A DNA stretch of 64,000 nt from Eledone cirrhosa (lineage: Eukaryota), in contig OZ024741.1 in NCBI GenBank assembly GCA_964016885.1, positions 37,200,001 to 37,264,000 on the forward strand, in the 5' to 3' direction. The position numbers and the translations under genes are program-made. Shown one piece after another: positions 54,429-64,000 of this stretch. The notes beneath the pieces were generated by a model. It ran no database searches. It saw nothing but the letters and a program-made list of their open reading frames with translations, and had not been told where the DNA came from. The stretch's first letter is position 1, and each line of letters begins with the position of its first letter.

Positions 54429-55463
54429 CCTAAACGGACGGTAGTCCGTTTAGTAATATTGTTGTGGTCGTGTTTTCGTTGGCAATCGTCTGTTTACGAC
54501 AGTACAGCGCGGCTCTACTTTATTTAACTTAGATAAAACTTATATGAGCATGAACAGTAGATCATTACGCATCTTTTGGCTTAAAAATCTAGAAATTTGG
54601 TCCAGCGGGAAAAAGTTTATAATCAAAGTTTGCTGATAAGTCTTGTGTTCAAGTGAGTGAGTAGTAAGCGTGACGCTGTGTGCATTTGATGCATCTATGA
54701 GAATCGGCCCGAGATAACAAGGGGAGGTAATTACGAGTCTCTCTCTCTCTACGGGGTCATCCAGAAATGACGAATTTTTTTCGCCGGAACTCTTGTGATT
54801 GATTGTGATTACGTTAGTCAAATGTATAGTCAAATCGCCGAATCCCCTCCTCCTAATTGACTACGTCATTTCTGAACGGCCCTACTTGCGTCAGTGTGAA
54901 ACATTACTTCACTTTTCACTGCTAAAATGCTTTTTAAATACTTCGTTAATAAAAATTTATGTTTATTATCAAAGCTATTTTTTGTACCAATCTATCAATA
55001 GTTTGCGAAAATATAGGTAAACATGTGAGTTAAATTTATTTTAATCACATCGATCGCTTTGTCGCACCGACTGTGACACTGTCTGACTGTCTGTCTGACT
55101 GACACCTTTGTCGGACCGACACCTTTGTTCAAGCGGACAACTTTGTGTCACTGACACCTTTGTTCGTGCCGGCATCTCTGCGAAACACCGATGACAACAA
55201 CCAGACCAAAATTTCACTTCATTCTTCATTCTTCTTCAAGACCGATCGCCGACCGATCGTATCGGTTGCTCTTCATATACCAGGTATTCAACAGATAGTT
55301 TGCACTTCTAGTATTATTAACAGTCGTGCGATTTTTTGTACCGATAGGTGCGAATAGTGCGCTATATTTTTGAACCGATAGGTGCGAATAGTGCGATGCG
55401 ATAGGTGCGAATAGTGTACAATATTTTCTGAGATTTGCATCCACTAATTTCGCTTAATTAAAA

Positions 55464-58400
55464 ATGATGTTTCGCCGCTTTTTGATCGGCTTATTCATTT
55501 TTTCCATGGCACGGAAATGGAGTATTTCCATTTCGAATCAAAACTTTTCACTAAAATCGGGCAATTGGACTGATCAAATTCACATTCATGCCAGTTTTTA
55601 CAAATCCAAAAAACGAAATTATCCTATTTCCAATCAGAAATATAGAACGCGCGCGTTAATCTTATCATTACTCATAATCGGTTGTGTCGAATTAAATCCT
55701 GGACCTGAATTTGAATTCAATGAGACTGACAAAGATCAAAACATTGATAATGAGAATGAAAAACGGAGAAAAACTGCAATTAGGAATAGGGAGTACAGAC
55801 AACGGAAAGCTCCAGAAATAAGAGAAAAAAGACAATCAGACGAAGCAAAATTTAAAAATAAGGCATGGCAAAAAGCATATAGACTGAGAAGAGGCGATGA
55901 GGGCAAAAGTCAGGAGGCATCGTATCAAAAAGTGGGCAGACTGAGGGCAGGTGATGAGGGCAAAAATCAGCATGCCTTGAATCAAAAAGAGCACAGAGTG
56001 AGAGCAGGCGATGAGGGCAAAAGTCAACAGGCATTGTATCAAAAAGCACACAGATTGAGAACAGGAGAAGAAGGAAAAGAAAAAGATGCCAGATATTTTT
56101 CACATTATTATTTTACAAATGCATGGTTGATACAACAAAAACACAAATTTTTGTACAGAAAAAAACGAATTCAACGATTTAAAGACATTCGCATGCAAAG
56201 GGAAATCATGTTACACAAATTCACAAAATCATATTTTGCTTCGAAAAAAGAAAAACCAAAAACTCGGGCACAGTATAGGAAGAAATTCAAACAGGGCCCT
56301 GAAAAAGTTTCCAAAATCTACAGAGAAGCACAGGGAATTCGAAATTTCATGTTTAATGAATTGAAAAAAACAATGGCTTCAGTTTATGCACACATCAAAT
56401 TAGCTAAGAAGGAGGGGTTGACTGCATACTGGGGGGAAATATTTTACCATACTTTCACAAATGAACACTTTCTATTCCCAAAAAGTAGAGTTGATTATTT
56501 TCCTCTAACACAACTTGAAAACCACAAATTTCTGACTGATGACTGTCCAACAAATGAGTGCAGGTGTAAAGATGGTGATGAGCCAAGTGAGGGAGGTGCA
56601 CAAGGAGAGGGAGGTGAGCAAAGTGAGAAAGGTGCACAAAGAGGGGGAGATGAGCCAAGTGAGAAAGGTGCACAAAGAGGGGGAGATGAGCCAAGTGAGG
56701 GAGGTGCACAAGGAGAGAGAGATGAGCAAAGTGAGAAATGTGCACAAAGAGGGGGGGATGAGCCAAGTGAGAAAGGTGCACAAAGAGGGGGAGATGAGCC
56801 AAGTGAGGAAGGCAAGCAAAGAGGGGGAGATGAGCCAAGTGAGGGAGGTGCACAAAGATGGGGGGGTGAGCCAAGTGAGAAATGTCCACAAAGAGGGGTA
56901 GATGAGCCAACTGATGGAGGTGAGCAAAGTGAGACAGGTGCACAAAAAGAGGGGGGTGAGCAAAGTGACCAGGAAGATTTTGATGGCAGAAAATGTACAG
57001 AACTTCTGACTTTGGCTAGATTGTGCAAATTTGGTCCCCCATCAAATTGCCCAGATCCCACTGCACGTCTAAAGCTAGCTAAACGAATGCACAAGGCCAT
57101 ACATGAACTTTCACCTGATTTGACTGTGTCCCAAATTCGGAAAAAAATGGAAATCTTTGAGCAGTGTAAAGGATTCCATAGGGACAACATCTATTGCATA
57201 GGACAGTCTGACTGCACATATGGACTTGAACTGATTCGAAGTATGGCTCCTCACTCTCCTCGCATCCGTACACTTCTGAGATGTGTGTACAAAGTGAGAT
57301 CAGTCTGTGTCTGGCTAGATTCCTATGACATTTCAATCTTGGAAGGAAATTGGTCAATGTTTGATGATCTAGTAAATCCCCAAAACATGTCCGACAATCT
57401 GCTAAGCCGTTTGAATGAGATAGTGGAAAATGAAAATGAGAGCTTGCATTCAGAATCCTCAATCATGGCCAATTTTGCATCCATTATCAAACATTTTAAT
57501 AAAGAGATTAAAAAAATGAAAATCAACTCCTGTGACATTTGCAAACAACGAGAATTAGATGCTAAACTCAAAGTCTGGGAGGATTGGAGCCCTTTGACAA
57601 ATCCCTATCTCCTGGAAACCATTCAACAAAACTACTCTCTACGATGTACGATTTGCTCTACATGTAGAAATAGTCTTGTCAAAAAGTCGATACCATCATT
57701 GGCTTCAATCAATGGCCTAGAAGTGGTCAAAATTCCAAATGTGTTGTCAAAGTTGAACATGTATGAGCAGATTTTGATCCAAATGGCCAAATGCTTCATC
57801 AATGTCATTAAATTGTCACCCTATCGTTTCAAAGGTGCACCATCAGATCTAGTAGCTGCTATTAAAGGAATAGCAACTCACATGCCACTACCAGTAGAAA
57901 ACACAATCAATCATGTAATGAAAAAAACTTCCATCGAATCAAAATGATGCATTTGAAATAATTGTTGATAGTCTTCCAACTAAAAAGGGCACAATTTGGC
58001 GATCGCTAGTGAATATGCAAAATGTCTTTGATGCCTTGGAGTGGCTGAAAAACAACAATGACATTTACAATGACATTTTGATAGACAGAACCACAAATTT
58101 AGAGGACATTGTTACATGCACCGGTGAAAATGTTTCCATCAATTTTCCACACATTCTCACACAAACTGGTGCTGAAACAGTCTATGAACACCATACTATA
58201 CAGCAAATCAAGCCTGCACTCCCAAATCAAAAGGACCTTGAACTGTTTCGCATGAAACGAGTTGAAGGTACTCTTCTTCCGGACAATGATCCAAACCAGG
58301 ATCTGATATGCTTCCCCCACTTATTCCCTAAAGGAAAATTTGGAATGATGCACATGAACAGACCCCATGGTAGAGTAAAGCCATACATGTTCATCAGAAA

Positions 58401-59358
58401 CAGACTCAGACATGAGGACCCCCGCTTTCGTAGAGACATTCAGTACATTCTCTACAATTTGGACAAGGCTGACAAAAGAGCACTAGATTCTGGCATTTAT
58501 GCCGTAATGAAATCACTCAAAAGTCCAAAATTGACACTTGCTCAATTTTATAAAAGATTGGAAGCCAATGATGAACAATTGGAAAGTGGTTTGTCAATGA
58601 TGATGGCGAATGTTCGTGGAACAAAGCCATTTTGGGAACGCAAGTGCTCCGACTTGAATGCCATAGATGAGAAATTCGGTCCTGCCCATTTGTTTATCAC
58701 TCTTTCATGTGCTGAATACTTTTGGCCAGTCTTGAGGGAATTTTTGGAAAAACTCAATAAAGACATTGCAAATGTTGAAACAAGGCCGATAGGGAATCTC
58801 TGTGCAAATGATGTTGTGGCTGTCAGTGAGTACTTTCACCATCGTTTTAGTGTTGTTTTTCATGATGTAATTTTAAATAAAAAAGGCCCATTTGGGGAAA
58901 TTATTCATTACTTTTGGCGACTCGAGTATCAACAACGTGGTGCCCCTCACATTCACCTTAAAGCCTGGGTTCGGGACAATGTAATTTTTGACAAAGATCC
59001 TAAAGAAAAAATCAAGCAATTTATTGAACGCTGCATTACTTGCCGGCTACCATCCCCTGTGGCCAGCCCAAACTTGGCAAATCTCGTTAGACGGTTCCTA
59101 GTCCATACTTGTGGCAAAGCATGCTGGAGAATAGTGGGGAGAGGGAAAAATTTGCGTAAAAAATGCCGTTTTGGTTTTGCACATGCAGTGGGGCCATTTC
59201 GATTTTTCTCAGTTTCTGAAAGTATCAAATCACGAAAAAATGGTCAAATCAGTCAAATGTCACTAAAAGCCAGGTGGTCGATAACAACTTCTATAAGATT
59301 AGTTACATGCTCACACATTGGATCACCTCTCATCAATGGCATTGGGTGTCTGAGATAA
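55464..59358 (+). pseudogene. Helitron RepHel N-terminal and Rep region; one frameshift at an A7 run (57921-57927); truncated before the catalytic Tyr motif and helicase
   Basis: CSTCRNSL..KSIPSLASINGL..LNMYEQILI, ALEWLKNNN, CFPHLFPKG, DPRFRRD, NVRGTKPFW, LFITLSCAE (motif 1), RLEYQQRGAPHIH (HUH) and HTC..CRFGF. Confidence 0.9.
56575..56970 (+). repeat. In-frame 36-bp minisatellite (~11 x GDEPSEKGAQRG)
   Basis: Seen in both DNA and translation. Confidence 0.92.
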
Positions 59359-59612
59359 TCGTGGAGATAACTGATGAAGTCACAAATGAAGTAATGGTCT
59401 TCCAGTGTGAACAACTCCCTATATCCATTGATATATGTGATGGCTTCCGATTCATAGGTGCATTTTATGAGGAATTCCATGCATCCGATTTTCAGTGATT
59501 CAATGGGCATTTTATCAGAGATGATAAGGTATTTGACCACGTTTTGCTTTGTAAGTAAATTGGAGAGAATCACTGCAGTCAAAGTCATTTCTTTGCATGG
59601 GTTTTTGTTCAT
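59253..59612 (-). CDS. Small ORF or exon with a BACK (SPOP-type BTB C-terminal)-like signature
   Basis: ILSNLLTKQNVVKYLIISDKMPIESLKIGCMEFL fits LxxxNVxxxLxxADxxxxxxLKxxCxxFI; it is preceded by acceptor-like TTTAACTTTTTAG. Confidence 0.5.
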   Translation of the reverse strand: MNKNPCKEMTLTAVILSNLLTKQNVVKYLIISDKMPIESLKIGCMEFLIKCTYESEAITYINGYRELFTLEDHYFICDFISYLHDYLRHPMPLMRGDPMCEHVTNLIEVVIDHLAFSDI

Positions 59613-59885
59613 TCTAAAAAGTTAAAATGATAAAGTATTACTACTATATAACTTACATCTATTGTTGTAACACCATTGAAATGCACAAGTTTCACCAATT
59701 CACTATTATGCACTAATCATCTCAAATGCATTCATGATTTACTAGCTTTGTCATTAAGCCAGTTGCCTCAACTAGATTGCAATTATACTCAAAAGAACTT
59801 TAAAATGTCAATCACTTGTCAGTAATTCACTATGATCATTTAATTATTAGATAGTTGTTGCTTGCATTGCCTTAAAAAATAGTAG

Positions 59886-60939
59886 ACCAGATAGAAAAAT
59901 GCGTACAGCAAAAAAAAGTAATATTGTTGGAATATAAACCTTTAAAAATACAGGACAAGAAACTAAAATAAAACTTTAAAAGAATAGGACAAGAAACTAA
60001 GATAAAACTTTAAAGAATTGGACAAGAAATAAAAAATTTTACAATAATATTAGTGGCAAAAGTTTTTTATTCGTTTCCTGTGCTATGTCCCAGTATCTTG
60101 ATTAGTGCATAATAATTGTCATGTTCTCATTGTGCGTTGCCCCTGAGCGGTTGGTTGGGGTTGGTTGGCTGAGCAGTTCTGCTCCGTCAGAATGACCATT
60201 GCAAGAAGAATTGGCCGATGCAGCTGCAGGTCTCCTCCAAGAATGCACTTTTGGTCCCGCAACACCAGACGAAGATGGAGAAGATGACCGGGACAAGATG
60301 TCGACTCTGACCACCGACTACGGCACCTCCCTCAACCACCGGTCCTCTCTCCCTCTGTCCCGTCATCCCTCCAGTCCTCCTGCTCCCCCTTCCTGTACCA
60401 GAAAGCTGTGGCACGCATTCATCTGGACTGCCGGACTTGAACTCAAGGACAAGATGCAAGGAGAAGATGGACGGGTTGGTCAAGATCAAGGATGAGCGGG
60501 ACGACAAGACCGTCCGCTGCTGCTCAAGATCTGTGCTCATGGGCCCATGGGTCCATTCACATTATGCATGACACATGAGGCGTGTTGCCGAATGATGAAA
60601 TAGGGGTATGGTTATGGCCCAATTGGTGTTCAAACCAGGATCAAATGATCCCTCCCGGTCTGACGACGACCTCTGAATGTGGAACCCAGAGCCTATGAAT
60701 GTGGAACTCGATTTTTTACCAATAAAAATTTTGCCACTAATATTATTGTAAAATTTTTTATTTCTTGTCCAATTCTTTAAAGTTTTATCTTAGTTTCTTG
60801 TCCTATTCTTTTAAAGTTTTATCTTAGTTTCTTGTCCTATTCTTTTAAAGTTTTATTTTAGTTTCTTGTCCTGTATTTTTAAAGGTTTATATTCCAACAA
60901 TATTACTTTTTTTTTGCTGTACGCATTTTTCTATCTGGT
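59886..60939. repeat. Inverted repeat (arms 59886-60070 and 60721-60939) with ~35-bp subrepeats, enclosing a GC-richer 650 bp segment
   Basis: Near-perfect reverse complement; three GGACAAGAAA-containing subunits on the left and four on the right. Confidence 0.9.
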
Positions 60940-61448
60940 ATATATAATAATGAAATTATATATATTATTATATGAAATTATATATATTATTATATGGCTT
61001 AGTGGTTAGAGCATTGGCCTTGCAATCGAAAGGTTGTGAGTTCAATTCTCAGACCGGGTGATGTGTTGTTTCCTTGAGCAAGACACTTTATTTCACATTG
61101 CTCCAGTTTACTCAGCTGTAGAAATGAGATGATAGGGCCTGGGGTCCATATCATTCCACTGCAAAGTGGTTGTGGAGGTGCCATGGCAAAAAAGCACCCA
61201 GCACTCACTGTAAATGAGGTTGGTGTTAGGAAGGGCATCCAGCTGTAGAAATCAAGCCAGAATCAGATCCCGTCCCACCCTTGCAAGCAGGGAAAAGCGG
61301 ACGTAAAAATGATGATGATGATGATGATGATGATATATATATTCTAAATAAATTAAATTAAATTAAATTAAAAGAGTCATGTCCGAGACATGCACTATAT
61401 CCACTGTAGAATAAGCTCAAAGATTCCAATGAATAGATCCAAGCATTT

Positions 61449-61876
61449 TATATCAACTAGAAATTGATTGACATATATATATATATTTAAAATAAACACA
61501 TGAAACAATCACAGGGGATAATTTGTAAAGTGTGTAAACACACACAGCTAGCTAAGTAACTAATTAAAGTTTAACTAGATCTTCAAATATTACCTTTTAA
61601 AAAATGATTAATCCTCCTTGTATATATTTCATTAAAGAAATATATTTCACCGTTAATCCGTCAAGTCACAGTAGTCAAATCTTAGATCTTTAATGAAATA
61701 TATACAAGGAGGATTAATCATTTTTTTAAAGGTAATATTTGAAGATCTAGTTAAACTTTAATTAGTTACCTACCTAGCTGTGTGTATTTACACACTTTAC
61801 AAATTATCCCCTGTGATTGTTTCATGTGTTTATTTTAAATATATATATATATGTCAATCAATTTCTAGTTGATATA
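61449..61876. repeat. Foldback with ~190 bp arms and a ~48 bp spacer
   Basis: 61449-61638 is a near-perfect reverse complement of ~61687-61876. Confidence 0.9.
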
Positions 61877-63074
61877 TATATATATGCATATATATTTATA
61901 TCTATCTATCTATATCTCTCTCTCTATATATATATATATATCCAGGGAGTGTAACGTGGAGTTACTGTAGGTTCACCCGGGTGAGCACTCGATGTTTAGG
62001 TTCACTTCAGTGTCGAGGTGTAGAGCTAGACAGTGTATTATAGTGAAAAGATAACAAGGACGATTGGTTACTCCTTCATTACATTTATTGGTTGGTGATG
62101 CGCGTTTCGCTCACCTCCTACATATATATATATATATAGATATAGATATATACATACACACATATAATTTAGGCTTCAGCTGTGTTCTTGTCTCATGCAA
62201 AATTATGAACATTTAATTGTCTGTTGATGATGATGAGGATGGGGAGAAGAGGAGGAGGAGGGGAGAAGAGGAGGAAATTGGAGAGAAATGGCTAAGTTTA
62301 GGCTATAAATATAGCAGGGTCTCACATACTGTGTGAGCTGAACAATGTTGTTCAATTGAGATTATCATACCAATTAATAGATAAAAACTCCCTGTAGGTA
62401 TTTATTGTTGTTTTTATACTTGTTTCAGTCAGTAGATTTGAGCCAGACAATTATTATTTACTCTAATAGGGCGATGAATTGGCAGTATCGGTCGAGGGTC
62501 GGATGCCGTGCTTTTCAGCATAGAGGTATGCCCCTTTATGGTCAGAGTTCAAATCCCGCTGAGGTCAACTTTGCCTTTCATCCTTACGGGGTCGATAAAA
62601 AAAGTACCAGTAATATACTGGAATAATTGCAGGCCTTGTTCCAAAAGTAGAAACAATTATTTACTCTTATCATCCTATAAGGATTTAGCAGAGAATATCT
62701 AAAAGCAAGCTTGTTAATTCAAATGTTTATAGTATCTTTAGTAATCAAGGGAAAATTTGTAGTATTAGAGTAAAGACTTAATTTTTAGTATGATGTGCTG
62801 TTTTGTACTTTTGTCTCACTAATGCAGTTTCATGTGAAACAGGACGTTAAGAGTTAACTCTTAACATCCTATAATGATTTAGCAGAAAATATATAAAAAC
62901 AGACTGGTTAATTCAAGATGTTTATAGTATCTTTACTAGTGGAGAGAACATGGTGAAAATTTGCAGTATTAGACTAAAGATTTTTATTTTTAATCTGATT
63001 CAGTCATAGTGTTGTTAGGTGCCTTTTAAGAATGTTTTGTTAATGTGGCTTTGTGTAGTACAGACCATTACGTG

Positions 63075-63312
63075 TTAATCCTTTTAATACCAAACTGCCT
63101 GAAAGCATCCCTGATTCTATGAATCGAAACTATTTGTTTTAATGTATCATAGAACTAGGAATGGTTTTATCTAAAAACGTTCCATTGTAATTTTATAGGA
63201 GAACCTTTGTTAAATTATGTTTCAAACACCAACTTCATAATAATTGTTTTCAAAATGATTTGAAAATCATAAGCAATGTCGTACATTAGAAATATGGTAA
63301 TGAAAGGGTTAA
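63075..63312. mobile_element. Second piggyBac-type MITE family; relatives at ~5056-5272 and ~38925-39172
   Basis: TTAA-TCCTTTTAATACCA ... TGGTAATGAAAGGG-TTAA. Confidence 0.65.
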
Positions 63313-63624
63313 AAAGCAGATCCACTTTAACCCTTTAGCATTTAAACCGGCCATATCAGGTCAGAATTCTCTCACCTCTTTCTGTTCAAACCGGCTGTAA
63401 CTGGCCCCTCATACTGACTTTAAGGTATTGTTCTCAAAATAAATAATATCAAAATCTCATAGATTCGATATTATATGAGATAATTATGTGAGGTAAAACC
63501 TATACTGCGGAAATACAATAGTAAATATAGAGTAATGTAAATGCTAAAGGGTTAATCTGTATTGTCCAAAAATTTTGATCAACTCATTTTATTGGAGTTA
63601 TTTTTCTTTTTCTAAATGTTTATT

Positions 63625-63806
63625 TACTGTACATACTCGGATATAAGGAAAAGAATTGATGGTAGAAAGAGGTCGGCTTATATTCAGGGTCAATATTTTG
63701 ACAATTTTCACCAACTTCAAATTCTATGTGAATAAGTTTTGGATTTTTGTCGATTTCTCAGACATAAAATAGTAGGGGTCAGCTTACATTTGAGTATATA
63801 TGGTAA
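63625..63806. mobile_element. TcMar (Tc2/pogo-like) MITE
   Basis: TACTGTACATACTCGGATATAAG ... CTTACATTTGAGTATATATGGTA imperfect TIRs. Confidence 0.6.
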
Positions 63807-64000
63807 TATTTATGATATTATTTCTGTTGAAGCTGTCATTAGAATGTAGGATGGCAAGTTATTATGAGCCAGTAGTTTATTGGTTACACTGTATATTTAG
63901 TCTTCAGGGATGAACTCTTAACATCCTATAATGATTTAATGAAAAAAAATCTAAAAACGGATGTGTTAATTCAAACATTTACATTACCATTACTTGTGGA

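Larger units (their letters stand above)
54430..60940 (+). mobile_element. Helitron/Helentron-type rolling-circle transposon, internally deleted; boundaries tentative
   Basis: Rep motifs in the ORFs below, a perfect hairpin at 54430-54453, and a microsatellite-free block distinct from its flanks. Confidence 0.75.

Noticed and set aside
56455-57190. Repetitive antisense and alternate-frame ORFs
   Set aside because: They are shadows of the 36-bp minisatellite within the Helitron ORF.
57918-57930. Programmed -1 frameshift at A-AAA-AAC
   Set aside because: Joining the ORFs needs a +1 shift, so a homopolymer indel is the simpler explanation.
59660-59880. Upstream coding exon for the BACK-like ORF
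   Set aside because: Splicing the 43-nt candidate intron puts a TAG in frame just before the ATG, and the other frames close quickly.

Overview
This is a repeat-dominated eukaryotic window with no recognisable host gene. The AT-rich background, huge (TA)n/(CA)n/(AAC)n tracts and the SINE/RTE repertoire suggest a coleoid cephalopod such as octopus (inference). It contains a decayed Tigger/pogo transposon, a Tc1 element, an internally deleted mariner, piggyBac-type and TcMar MITEs, many RTE-clade LINE fragments with a PHD-like finger inside the RT, a CRE-like LINE remnant and two SINE families. It also holds a near full-length Tx1/L1-type LINE at the end of a head-to-tail stack of Tx1 3' ends in an (ATT)n tract, and three different Penelope-like elements with inverted pLTRs. 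Several minimal hammerhead ribozyme motifs are present. A truncated Helitron/Helentron-type Rep gene has a 2A-like (StopGo) motif near its N-terminus, followed by a convergent BACK-like ORF and an inverted-repeat-flanked GC-rich segment. Most ORFs in the track are microsatellite or antisense artefacts. Coordinates were counted by eye and boundaries are approximate.
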